Source: Cyanobacteria bacterium J06626_4
Lineage (GTDB): Bacteria; Cyanobacteriota; Cyanobacteriia; Phormidesmidales; Phormidesmidaceae
NCBI GenBank assembly: GCA_038523235.1
Contig: JBCBJQ010000001.1
Span: forward strand, 96,001-160,000
Reading direction: 5' to 3'
Length of the DNA: 64,000 nucleotides
Within the stretch, counting starts at the first letter, position 1, and each line of letters starts with the position of its first letter. Shown one piece after another: positions 1 to 9,546 of this stretch. Both the position numbers and the translations under genes were made by a program. The notes under the pieces are model-generated. The model was not told the DNA's origin, made no database searches, and saw nothing but the letters and a program-made list of their open reading frames with translations.

Positions 1-996
1 TTTCGTCAAACGGCGACGCTGGGCACCCTCAGTACACGACAGATGCAGCAGGCTTTTTTGTCGCAAGACTGTCTATTTCTCAACTTTGAGCTGACTCGGG
101 AAGCCGACTCTGGCCCGCTGTTGCCCCTCCCGTGGATGCAATCAGCCCCATCTGAGGCACGGCCAGAGTTTGGCAGTTTGCATCCCCTAGAAGGGTTAAG
201 AACGGCCCTGGAGCTGGAAGAAGCCGCGGCGTTGAGAATCTGTTTAGAAGGGTTGAATCGCTTTCTCGAAGATCACGAAGAGGTGCTCAATAGTGCCGAT
301 TTCCCTGATTTATCCAGCCGCTACACCCTCACCAATCCCCTTGACCAGAAGCCCCTAGCGGTGACCCTGGCTAATTGCCCCAAGATTACCGCGCAGTTGG
401 CCGTGGCTGAGAGCTTTGGCTCGGCTGACAGTCAGTTCCCCTCATTTGAGCTACCCCGATTTCGGGATGACTACGTGCCCGAGGGGGCCATGGTGTTGCT
501 GACGCGATTACCGCAATCAACGGTGCAAACCATTCGTCAGGGCAAACACTATCAGGCGATCGCCAAGTTACCCGTAGAGGCGGACATGATGCCGATGGTG
601 GCGATTCAAACCTCGCGACCCAAGGCGCAAAAACTAGCCTCTCAACTGCGCGCCGCCAAGGGCATTGAGGCCGTATGTTTTAATCCCGGCGGCGATCCGA
701 TGACGGGTGACACGTTGCAACTCGGACTGCTCCACACAGGCGACGGCGACTTTCATCTCTTTATCGAATTCCTTGCCAACGATGCCCATGACAGCAAGCT
801 GCTAGACCAATGGCGACAGTGGTGTCAAGACTCTAACGGCGTTTGTGGGGTCATGGTCGCTTCGGGGATTACCGGCGCGGCGCGGGGCAAGCCCGGTGCT
901 CGAGAAAATGTCGCCTTTTTTGAAACCTATTGCAAAACACCCGCCGACCTTGATCTCCCCCCCTTGCAAATGAGCTACGCCCTGGATTGGGAGTAG
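1..996 (+). CDS. Conserved cyanobacterial hypothetical protein, 5'-truncated by the window edge
   Basis: Frame is open from base 1 (FRQTATLG...) to the TAG at 994-996. Protein-like composition; no recognisable catalytic motif. Confidence 0.7.
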   Translation, partial: FRQTATLGTLSTRQMQQAFLSQDCLFLNFELTREADSGPLLPLPWMQSAPSEARPEFGSLHPLEGLRTALELEEAAALRICLEGLNRFLEDHEEVLNSADFPDLSSRYTLTNPLDQKPLAVTLANCPKITAQLAVAESFGSADSQFPSFELPRFRDDYVPEGAMVLLTRLPQSTVQTIRQGKHYQAIAKLPVEADMMPMVAIQTSRPKAQKLASQLRAAKGIEAVCFNPGGDPMTGDTLQLGLLHTGDGDFHLFIEFLANDAHDSKLLDQWRQWCQDSNGVCGVMVASGITGAARGKPGARENVAFFETYCKTPADLDLPPLQMSYALDWE

Positions 997-1036
997 GGAT
1001 GGCGGGTTTTAGAGATCGGCGTTGAGAGTTTGGGGT

Positions 1037-1076
1037 TCCGAATTCGGAATTCTCAACGCCGAATTCCGAATTCGGA
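1037..1076. repeat. 16-bp perfect inverted repeat built from GAATTC-containing heptamers (STRR-like); possible terminator
   Basis: TCCGAATTCGGAATTC-8 nt-GAATTCCGAATTCGGA. Confidence 0.75.
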
Positions 1077-1375
1077 GTACCTGGCGGGAAGGGTTTAGCC
1101 CTAGCGCATTTGGCATTCATGTTGCGCCAGTCAGAGCAGGCTATCTGAAAAGGTTTGGCGTTTGCTCGCCAACCGCAGTTTGGTCAAGGCCTTCTGGACG
1201 GCTGAAACCCAGCTAGGACAGGCCTCTCAATGCTGACGGCCAAGTTCTACGAGGGCACTCTGCTGGGTTGAGGCAGGAAGGCATTGTTCGCGGCTCGGTG
1301 CCTTTCTGTCATCTGACCCCGATGACTATTAAAATAATTAAATCTAACCACTTCACAGAGGACACATCACGGCGC

Positions 1376-2812
1376 ATGCGAGTTGCGATTGTTGGAGCGG
1401 GACTAGCGGGCTTATCTACCGCAGTTGAATTGGCAGATGCGGGCCATGAGGTCGAAATTTTTGAAAATCGTCCCTTTGTCGGAGGGAAGGTTGGCAGTTG
1501 GATTGATAAAGATGGCAACCATCTAGAGATGGGGCTGCACGTGTTCTTCGGCTGCTACTACAACTTGTTCGAGCTGATGAAGAAGGTCGATGCTTTCCAG
1601 CATCTACGACTCAAGCAGCATACCCACACCTTTGTGAATCGCGGTGGCATCACAGGGGAACTCGACTTTCGCTTCATTACGGGAGCGCCCTTTAACGGAC
1701 TCAAGGCATTTTTTACCACCTCTCAGCTTTCTGTCGCCGATAAAGCGATGAATGCGATCGCCCTGGGCACGAGCCCTATCGTGCGCGGTTTGGTGGATTT
1801 TGAAGGGGCGATGCGCGTCATTCGACAGCTCGACAGCATTAGCTTTGCTGACTGGTTTCGCCAGCATGGCGGCTCCAATGGCAGTCTTAAGCGTATGTGG
1901 AATCCGATCGCCTATGCCTTAGGCTTTATCGATACCGAAAATATTTCGGCTCGCTGCATGTTGACCATTTTTATGTTCTTTGCGGCGAAAAGTGAAGCCT
2001 CGGTGCTGCGCATGCTGGAGGGATCACCTAACGAGTTTTTGCACCAGCCAATTTTGAAATATCTGAATACCCGGGGCGCTCAGGTCAACACCCGGCGGGG
2101 AGTGCGCGAGATTTTGTTTGAAGACAAGGGCAATGCCACCCATGTGACCGGACTGGCGATCGCCCAGGGGGACGAGATTGAAACCGTGACCGCCGATGTG
2201 TACGTCGCCGCCTGTGATGTCCCTGGAATCAAGCGTTTGCTCCCGGCCCCGTGGCGGCGGTGGCCCGAGTTCGACAACATTTATAAGCTAGACGCGGTGC
2301 CGGTCACGACGGTGCAGCTACGGTTTGACGGCTGGGTGACCGAACTGCAAGATGCGGCGGCGGCAAAGCAGTTGGAGAAGCCCACCGGGCTGGATAATCT
2401 GCTGTACACGCCCGACGCCGATTTTTCTTGCTTCGCAGATATGGCACTCACAAGCCCCAGTGATTACTACCGTGAGGGCGAAGGGTCACTGCTGCAATGT
2501 GTGCTGACGCCGGGTGACCCGTTCATTAAAGAAAATAACGAAGCGATCGCTCAACATGTGCTGAAACAAGTCCATGATTTGTTTCCTTCGTCGCGGGAGC
2601 TGACCATGACCTGGCATAGCGTCGTGAAGCTGGCTCAGTCGCTTTATCGGGAAGCGCCGGGGATGGATCCCTTTCGACCCAAGCAGGTAACCCCAGTCGA
2701 TAATTTCTTTTTGGCGGGCAGCTACACTCAGCAGGACTACATCGATAGTATGGAGGGGGCCACCCTGTCAGGCAAGCAAGCGGCTCACGCAATTTTGGAG
2801 CGAATGAGATAA
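1376..2812 (+). CDS. crtQ: 9,9'-di-cis-zeta-carotene desaturase (ZDS)
   Basis: [16 protein letters not shown] motif, [31 protein letters not shown], and C-terminal [13 protein letters not shown]. Start placed at ATG 1376. Confidence 0.93.
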   Translation: MRVAIVGAGLAGLSTAVELADAGHEVEIFENRPFVGGKVGSWIDKDGNHLEMGLHVFFGCYYNLFELMKKVDAFQHLRLKQHTHTFVNRGGITGELDFRFITGAPFNGLKAFFTTSQLSVADKAMNAIALGTSPIVRGLVDFEGAMRVIRQLDSISFADWFRQHGGSNGSLKRMWNPIAYALGFIDTENISARCMLTIFMFFAAKSEASVLRMLEGSPNEFLHQPILKYLNTRGAQVNTRRGVREILFEDKGNATHVTGLAIAQGDEIETVTADVYVAACDVPGIKRLLPAPWRRWPEFDNIYKLDAVPVTTVQLRFDGWVTELQDAAAAKQLEKPTGLDNLLYTPDADFSCFADMALTSPSDYYREGEGSLLQCVLTPGDPFIKENNEAIAQHVLKQVHDLFPSSRELTMTWHSVVKLAQSLYREAPGMDPFRPKQVTPVDNFFLAGSYTQQDYIDSMEGATLSGKQAAHAILERMR

Positions 2813-2815
2813 GCC

Positions 2816-3271
2816 ATGACTGACTGGCTAGAACACAGCGTATTGGTTGAAGTCGATGCCCCGATTGATTTGGTGTGGGCTCTGTGGTCTGACTTAGAGC
2901 AAATGCCGCGCTGGATGAAATGGATTGAGTCAGTCAACATTTTGGCCGAAGATCCTGACTTGTCGCGGTGGAAACTCGCGTCGGGGAGCTTTGAGTTCAC
3001 CTGGCTATCGCAGATCACCAAACTCATCGACCATCAGCTGATTCAGTGGGAATCAGTGGATGGCTTGCCGAACCGGGGTGGCATTCGCTTTTATGACCAC
3101 AAAGGTAAGAGTGCCGTTAAGTTGACAGTGGCTTACTCCATTCCCAGCTTTCTCGGCAAGCTGATGGATGGCCTGTTTTTAGGAAAGGTGGTTGAATCCA
3201 CTTTGCAAGCTGATCTGCAGCGATTTCAAGACCACGTGATGCAGATTCAGCAGCAGTCAGCAACCGATTAA
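2816..3271 (+). CDS. SRPBCC/polyketide cyclase family protein
   Basis: WLEHSVLVEVDAP...VWALWSDLEQMPRWM...IQWESVDGLPNRG. This family is the usual neighbour of zds in cyanobacteria. Confidence 0.85.
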   Translation: MTDWLEHSVLVEVDAPIDLVWALWSDLEQMPRWMKWIESVNILAEDPDLSRWKLASGSFEFTWLSQITKLIDHQLIQWESVDGLPNRGGIRFYDHKGKSAVKLTVAYSIPSFLGKLMDGLFLGKVVESTLQADLQRFQDHVMQIQQQSATD

Positions 3272-3275
3272 GGGC

Positions 3276-5138
3276 ATGGAGGTCGCCGGTCGCCATCTGG
3301 CTCAAGCGTTAGCTGACCATCATCGCTGGTTTGTTGATGCCCTGATAGGGCTCTCTCAAACTAGCGAGCGCCGCTGGTTTGCCCATGTAGTTCTAGGTCG
3401 CTTGCTGCTGATTTACGATTTGCAAGTGGCCGGTTTTTTAGGAGCAGGCGATCGCTGGTATTTGCACAGTCACCTCAGCCGACAGACTGCGACTCAAACT
3501 GAGGCCACCTTTTTTAAGGGATTTCTACAGCCGCTCTGCCATCAAGGGTTAGGGTTGCCAGAGGTCGAGCGACCGCGATCGCTCACTGCCAAAATTGGCG
3601 ACGTGCCTTATTTGGGCAGTCAACCGTTTGGGGTGCATCCCCTCGAACAGCGCTACCCACAGTTAGACCTGCCAGATGAACCGATTGAGCGATTTTTGGG
3701 CTGGCTGGCTGAACAACCCATCTCCCAGAACACGCTCAGCGGTCGAGCCCAGGGGATTAATCTGGAACTGCTCGCCGGAGCCTACGAATATTGGATGACG
3801 GCCCAGACCGATAAAGCGGCCGTATCGACTGCTGACACTCTCCAGACAATTGGTCACAACACCCTCGACGCCCACATTCTCAAAGCCCTCCGTAACCCGT
3901 CACCTTCGGTTGTCGCGTTGGCCGCCATCACCGATGACACCTCTGTAGACGCGCTGTTAGCGGCGTTAGATACCGAGACCTGTCAACGGTTACTGACCAC
4001 GGTGCTGCCCACCCTCTCGGTGCTTGATCCCGCCTGTGGATCGGGGCGATATTTGGTCATGATTTTCGAGCGTCTGCAGGCCATTTATCAGGCCTGTTGG
4101 CACTGTGCTCAGGCGTCTACCAATGCTGAACTTCAGGCGTGGGGGCGATCGCTAGGCCCGACTCAAGTCGCTGCTGAGTGGCAATTGGCCGAGCAAATTT
4201 TGACTCAAAACCTCTACGGCGTTGACCTACAGCCAGAAGCGGTGAGTATAACGCAACTGCAGCTCTGGCTTAGGCTGCTCTCTACCGCGACCCAAGTGGA
4301 CGATTTGCACCCGCTGCCAGACCTCGATTTCAACATCACTACTGGCAATGCCCTGATTGGTTTTATCCGGGTCGATACGGCCAGTTTTGACAAAATTGTG
4401 CCAAAACGATCGCGCCCAGCTGATTCGCAAGATCCGGCGCTGCAAGGCAATCTGTTGCAGCCCTTAACGGCGGCGAGCTACCGCGATACGCTGACGGAGC
4501 AAAAGATTCGGGTAGAGCACTATCAGGCGCAGACACGAGCAATGGGGTCAGAAGGGGGCCTGCCGGAATATGTGCAAACGGCGTTTTTGCGAGATCGCAT
4601 TGATGAGGTTAATCGGGCCGTTCAGCAAAAGCTCAATCGACTGCTATGGGAGACTTTGAGTTATAAACTGGGCATCTGGGCGAAAGAAGCGCCCCCCTCA
4701 GGCAAGACCCGCAAACGCCTGCTGCAGATCGCTGATGTTGAAGCGCTCAAACCGGTTCACTGGGGCTTTTTCTTTAATCCTGTGATTCAGCAGCGCGGTG
4801 GCTTCGATATCGTTTTAACCGCTGCCCCAACGGGAACACTGCGACCCCAGGCCAACGCGTTTTATCACCAGCACCAAGCGCTGTTTGAGCAACACAACAT
4901 CGCTCTAGCAGAATTTCGGCGATCGCGCCGCCAGCTTTTACGGCAGCATGCCGATTTGGCTGAGCATTGGCGAGCCTATACCAGGGGGATCGCTTGTCTG
5001 AGAGACTTTGTTCGGCGCAGCGATAGTTATCAGTTGCCTGCGGCTTCGAACCAACGTTCGATTGCGCTCAAACTGCTGTTTGCCCAGCGCTGTCGAGCCC
5101 TCACCAAAGCTGACGGCATTCCTCCCTATATTCAGTGA
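3276..5138 (+). CDS. Eco57I/type IIG-like DNA adenine methyltransferase homologue, catalytically degenerate
   Basis: Motif I VLDPACGSGRYL, NLYGVDL, LPDLDFNITTGNALIG and VHWGFFF are present. Motif IV reads GFDIVLTAAPT instead of GFDxxIGNPPY. Confidence 0.75.
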   Translation: MEVAGRHLAQALADHHRWFVDALIGLSQTSERRWFAHVVLGRLLLIYDLQVAGFLGAGDRWYLHSHLSRQTATQTEATFFKGFLQPLCHQGLGLPEVERPRSLTAKIGDVPYLGSQPFGVHPLEQRYPQLDLPDEPIERFLGWLAEQPISQNTLSGRAQGINLELLAGAYEYWMTAQTDKAAVSTADTLQTIGHNTLDAHILKALRNPSPSVVALAAITDDTSVDALLAALDTETCQRLLTTVLPTLSVLDPACGSGRYLVMIFERLQAIYQACWHCAQASTNAELQAWGRSLGPTQVAAEWQLAEQILTQNLYGVDLQPEAVSITQLQLWLRLLSTATQVDDLHPLPDLDFNITTGNALIGFIRVDTASFDKIVPKRSRPADSQDPALQGNLLQPLTAASYRDTLTEQKIRVEHYQAQTRAMGSEGGLPEYVQTAFLRDRIDEVNRAVQQKLNRLLWETLSYKLGIWAKEAPPSGKTRKRLLQIADVEALKPVHWGFFFNPVIQQRGGFDIVLTAAPTGTLRPQANAFYHQHQALFEQHNIALAEFRRSRRQLLRQHADLAEHWRAYTRGIACLRDFVRRSDSYQLPAASNQRSIALKLLFAQRCRALTKADGIPPYIQ

Positions 5139-5185
5139 TTAGCGACAGATGGCCTTGATATCGCAGAATGCGGAATGTGGAATTG

Positions 5186-5302
5186 ATACCAGTTCTGCAA
5201 AATAGCGCTACAGATCGGCGCTCCCCCGCTGTCACTGCCCCCTTGTCGAAGGGGGCTACACACTTTTCGGGATGTGTAGTCTAATATTCAGCGAATTGGT
5301 AT
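5186..5302. mobile_element. MITE-like short dispersed repeat (117 bp)
   Basis: Imperfect terminal inverted repeats ATACCAGTTC...GAATTGGTAT, inner CTACA...TGTAG, and an internal hairpin GCCCCCTT-GTCG-AAGGGGGC. No ORF. Confidence 0.5.
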
Positions 5303-5319
5303 GAGAGGTCGGTCAAATC

Positions 5320-5580
5320 ATGAATTCAGCGATCTGGAGTGTCCAAAGTCATGACAGTCTGTGGAATGTCATTGGCAAGAAGGTAGCGCTTGAGGAGCCG
5401 CAGGCGATCTCCCTCGAAGCCTGGTTATCGGCAAAGGTAACAAGCCCTCAGGCGAAGTCGATTGTTGCCACCTTAGCCAGTGTGGCTTTCGGGGATCGTT
5501 GGCAGGCGGCAGATGTGATGCAATCAGGCCCTCAGGAGTGTCAATTTCTGTCAGGGTTTAGCAGTGCCAAATCCCTGTGA
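5320..5580 (+). pseudogene. Possible remnant of a flavin monoamine oxidase gene (86-aa ORF)
   Basis: KKVALEEP..ISLEAWLSAKVTSPQAKSIV..VAFG resembles an internal segment of flavin amine oxidases. There is no FAD-binding N-terminus. Confidence 0.3.
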
Positions 5581-5606
5581 TCTGGGATACCTTTGTGAGC
5601 CATTGT

Positions 5607-8600
5607 CTAAGCGCTAATTAACGGGCTCATATGAGCCTTAAAGTCGGCCCGTGCCAGGGCACTGATGGCGGCCTCCGGATCCTTCACCCGAAATTGTGCC
5701 CCCAGCCGCACTAATTGTCTTTGGTTTGCTTTACCAATAATGGCGATTACCGGAACATTGGCATGATCCTGACTGTCGCCTTGATGGCTCTGAATAATAT
5801 TTTTCAGACGGAGACGTTGTTGAATATCGTCGGCGATTTGCGGGTCTAACTCAACCATCACCATACGAACCTCTTCAATGGGCTCAGCATCATCCACAAT
5901 GAACTGAATTTGGTCGTCTCGGCGATCGTATTTACCCCAAACCATGAGCCGAGCATCGGGTTGAATGTAATGACCGATGCGCTCATAAGACCGAGGAAAC
6001 ACAACGCCATCGACACTGCCCGTCAAGTCTTCAAGGATGATGATAGCCATCCGATCGCCCTTTTTGGTGATGACTGGTTTCACATGGGCCAGCATGACGA
6101 TCGCGCTGAGTTTTCGATTGTCGGGATATCTTTCCAGTTCGCCGAGATTTACCGGCGCTAAAATCCGGGCAGATTTTTGCACCTCCTTAAGGGGGTGATC
6201 AGAGATGTAGAACCCCAGCAGTTCCTTTTCTTGCCTGAGTTTTTCCTGCGGCTCAAAATCGGCCACGAGCGGCGCTTTGGGCGCACTTTCAAAACCACCA
6301 CCGACCACCACACCATTACTATCGCCGCTATCATCGCCGCCTAACAGCATGTCGAGCAAATTACCCTGGCCAATTTCTCGATCCTTGGCCCGACTTTGCG
6401 CCCAGTCCAGCACAAATTCTAGGTCGTGCATAAGTTGGTTGCGGTTGGGATCGATGGGGTCAAAGGCCCCGCACAGTACCAAAGCTTCCAACGCGCGACG
6501 GTTGACGGCATGCAGATCAACGCGATCGCACAACTCTGGCAATGATTTGAATACCCCCTCCTCATCGCGGCTCGCCAAAATACACTCGATCGCGCCTTGC
6601 CCCACATTTCGCACGGCCGATAACCCAAACAAGATTTTGTTGCCCTTGGGCGTAAATACAATCCGTGACTCATTGATGTTGGGCGGCAGCACCTCAATCC
6701 CCATGCTGATGCAGTTAGCAATATGCATCTGCACTTTGTCCTGATCGCCACTGTTAGAGGTCAGCAACGCCGCCATGTACTCCACGGGGTAGTTCGCTTT
6801 CAAATATGCCGTCTGGAATGTGACAAATCCGTAGGCGGTGGAGTGGGACTTATTGAAACAGTATTCAGCGAACTTCACCATCTGATCCCAAAGTTCTTCG
6901 ACCACCTTTTTCGGAACGCCCTTGGCCATCGAGCCTTCAATAAACTGGCCCTTATGCTTCTCCATCTCCGACACTTTTTTCTTACCCATAGCGCGTCGCA
7001 GTAGGTCGGCTTGCCCCAGCGAATAGCCCGCCATGTCCTGGGCAATTTTCATGATCTGCTCTTGGTAGACCATGATCCCGTAGGTTTCGCTGAGAATTGG
7101 CTCTAGGATCTTGTCCGCAAAGTCAATCTTTTCGCGCCCGTGCTTACGACCGATGAACTTAGGGATCAGTCCGGCATCTAGAGGGCCGGGTCGATATAGC
7201 GCGAGGACTGACGAAATATCTTCCAAACCCGATGGCTTCAGGTCGCGCACAATCTGCCGCATGCCTGAAGACTCCAGCTGAAACACGCCGCCTAAATCGC
7301 CTTTTTCCAGTAGCTTGAAGGTTGCCGGATCATCCATGGGCAGATCATCCATGTCGAGCAGCTTGCCCTTACCTGACTCAATCAGCTCGACTGCTCGCTG
7401 AATCATCGTCAGGTTCCTGAGCCCCAGGAAGTCCATTTTTAGAAGACCCAGCGCTTCGACATCTTCCATGTAGTACTGCGTGATGACCTGCCCATCATTG
7501 TTCCGCTGCAGCGGCACGATCTCGTCCAGCGGGTCTTTGGAAATCACCACGCCAGCGGCATGCACCCCAAAGGTTTTGTTCATGCCCTCGATCCGCATGG
7601 CCATGTCGAGCCAGCGCTGTACCTGAGGATCTTTGTCATACCGCTCTTTGAACTCGGGAGCAGGGGTTTCGTCTGACACCATCACTTTGAGCTTGGTCGG
7701 CTTGCCCCGAGCAACGGGAATCAGCTTCGCCATGCGATCAGACTCGGCATAGGGAATATCGAGCACTCGGGCGACGTCTTTCAAAACTGCCTTTGAAGTC
7801 ATCCGGTTGAAGGTAATGATCTGGGCGACCCGTTCCTTGCCGTACTTCTCCGTCACATAATCAATCACTTCGTCTCGCCGTTCGATACAGAAATCCGTGT
7901 CAATATCGGGCATTGACTTGCGTTCTGGATTCAAGAAGCGCTCGAAGAGGAGGCCGTGATGCACCGGATCGATGTTGGTAATGCCCATGGCATAGGCCAC
8001 CAAAGAGCCTGCGGCTGAGCCCCGGCCTGGCCCAACGGGGATATTATGCTCTCGGGCAAAGCGAATATAGTCCCACACCACTAAAAAGTAAGTGGGAAAT
8101 CCCATCTGGATCATCATTTCGATTTCGTATTCCAGGCGATCGCGATACTCCTGAGTAATCGCCTCATAGCTCGCGGCCTTCATGCGCTTGACGAGGCCAT
8201 CGCGCGCGACAAAGGCCATATAGTCCTCAGCACCAGCAAATTCTGCCGGAATCGGAAAGTCAGGAATTCGCGGCTGCCCCAAAATCCCTTCATAGGGTTC
8301 AATCTTTGCCGCCACTTCCAACGTGGTTTGAATAGATTCCTCGATCACGTCGTCTGACAAGTGATCCCGAAATAACACGCGCATCTCATCGGCTGACTTG
8401 AGATATTCTGTGCCGCTGTAGCGTAGCCGCTTATCCTCAGTAACTAATTTGCCCGTCTGAATGCAGAGCAGGGCATCATGAGCCTCGACATCTAGACAAG
8501 AAATAAAGTGAGAATCATTGGTGCAGATAATCTTGATATCTAGCTCGCGGGCAATTTTGACGATCTCGACATTCACGATGCGGTCTTCTGGCGACCCATG

Positions 8601-9152
8601 GTCCTGAATCTCCAGATAATAGTCGTCGCCAAAAATGTCCTTATACCACTGAGCAACTCGCCGCGCGATTTCGGGACGTTTTTGCAAAATGGCTTGGGGC
8701 ACCTCGCCACCCAGGCAAGCGCTCGTGACGATGAGCCCTTCCTTATATTTCTCTAACAAGTCCTTATTGATACAAGGTCGAGTAAAAATTCCAGACCCCT
8801 GCATGCCCTCGAGGTGAGAAAGGGTCGTCAACTTGACCAGGTTTTTATATCCCTGAGTATTTTTAGCCAGCACCACCTGGTGATAGCGAGGCAACTTAAT
8901 TTTTTTTCCGAGGGCGTTATACTGCTGCTGAATGTCGCCATTCACCAAATACATTTCGTTGCCAATGATGGGCTTGATGTCAGCTTTCTGACAAACCTTA
9001 ATCAGCTCGATCGCGCCGTACATAACGCCGTGATCCGTGAGGGCGATCGCGGGCATATCCAACGCCTTAGCCTGCGCCACCAGAGCTGGCAACTGGCTCG
9101 CACCATCAAGCAGACTATAGTCACTGTGAATGTGCAGACCCACAAAAGACAT
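5607..9152 (-). CDS. dnaE: DNA polymerase III alpha subunit (contiguous, no intein)
   Basis: PHP motif [46 protein letters not shown], and a C-terminal OB fold. Confidence 0.97.
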   Translation of the reverse strand: MSFVGLHIHSDYSLLDGASQLPALVAQAKALDMPAIALTDHGVMYGAIELIKVCQKADIKPIIGNEMYLVNGDIQQQYNALGKKIKLPRYHQVVLAKNTQGYKNLVKLTTLSHLEGMQGSGIFTRPCINKDLLEKYKEGLIVTSACLGGEVPQAILQKRPEIARRVAQWYKDIFGDDYYLEIQDHGSPEDRIVNVEIVKIARELDIKIICTNDSHFISCLDVEAHDALLCIQTGKLVTEDKRLRYSGTEYLKSADEMRVLFRDHLSDDVIEESIQTTLEVAAKIEPYEGILGQPRIPDFPIPAEFAGAEDYMAFVARDGLVKRMKAASYEAITQEYRDRLEYEIEMMIQMGFPTYFLVVWDYIRFAREHNIPVGPGRGSAAGSLVAYAMGITNIDPVHHGLLFERFLNPERKSMPDIDTDFCIERRDEVIDYVTEKYGKERVAQIITFNRMTSKAVLKDVARVLDIPYAESDRMAKLIPVARGKPTKLKVMVSDETPAPEFKERYDKDPQVQRWLDMAMRIEGMNKTFGVHAAGVVISKDPLDEIVPLQRNNDGQVITQYYMEDVEALGLLKMDFLGLRNLTMIQRAVELIESGKGKLLDMDDLPMDDPATFKLLEKGDLGGVFQLESSGMRQIVRDLKPSGLEDISSVLALYRPGPLDAGLIPKFIGRKHGREKIDFADKILEPILSETYGIMVYQEQIMKIAQDMAGYSLGQADLLRRAMGKKKVSEMEKHKGQFIEGSMAKGVPKKVVEELWDQMVKFAEYCFNKSHSTAYGFVTFQTAYLKANYPVEYMAALLTSNSGDQDKVQMHIANCISMGIEVLPPNINESRIVFTPKGNKILFGLSAVRNVGQGAIECILASRDEEGVFKSLPELCDRVDLHAVNRRALEALVLCGAFDPIDPNRNQLMHDLEFVLDWAQSRAKDREIGQGNLLDMLLGGDDSGDSNGVVVGGGFESAPKAPLVADFEPQEKLRQEKELLGFYISDHPLKEVQKSARILAPVNLGELERYPDNRKLSAIVMLAHVKPVITKKGDRMAIIILEDLTGSVDGVVFPRSYERIGHYIQPDARLMVWGKYDRRDDQIQFIVDDAEPIEEVRMVMVELDPQIADDIQQRLRLKNIIQSHQGDSQDHANVPVIAIIGKANQRQLVRLGAQFRVKDPEAAISALARADFKAHMSPLISA

Positions 9153-9263
9153 AAAATCCCATCCAAACCTAGTACAAACTTACCTTCAAAAAGCCTGCCT
9201 TGCCCGGTTTTGGCACCAACAGGCACAAGCTGCCCATAGGTTATCGGATCATTGGCGCTTTTG

Positions 9264-9320
9264 GCGCTATATGTAGGCGAGCTTCAACTTTCTCACCGGC
9301 AAATGCTCTAAATGTAGTAG
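9264..9320. promoter_or_regulatory. Tandem NrdR-box-like sites upstream of dnaE
   Basis: Cores CTATATGTAG (9267-9276) and CTAAATGTAG (9308-9317) are 41 bp apart and resemble the consensus CwAtATaTwG. Confidence 0.55.
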
Positions 9321-9546
9321 AGCAATGCTGAGGGGCAGCGGCCGTTATCAACAGCGCTTCCCAGTTAAATTTATATATAGAGGGCTTGGTAAACATCATC
9401 GGGTGAGGTTGACCGGAGGCAGGGCGAATGCGGGGGGGTAGGCGGTTGCCCGGAGTGGCTGGGGCTTGCCGCCATAACCGGCAATCGCCCGCTATTCTAG
9501 ATGAGGTGTGGTAGTCGCCCCAATGGGGGAGTGATCGGAGAGCACG

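Noticed and set aside
1268..1375. Long N-terminal extensions in the ORF track (crtQ, mnmE, GNAT, RusA-like, ruvA, phytase-like, lipoprotein)
   Set aside because: These arise from upstream TTG/GTG/ATG codons; family alignments begin at the downstream starts used above.
9171..9184. LexA-like box AGTAC-AAAC-TTACC just upstream of dnaE
   Set aside because: One half-site is mismatched at a core position and there is no supporting promoter context; too weak to call.
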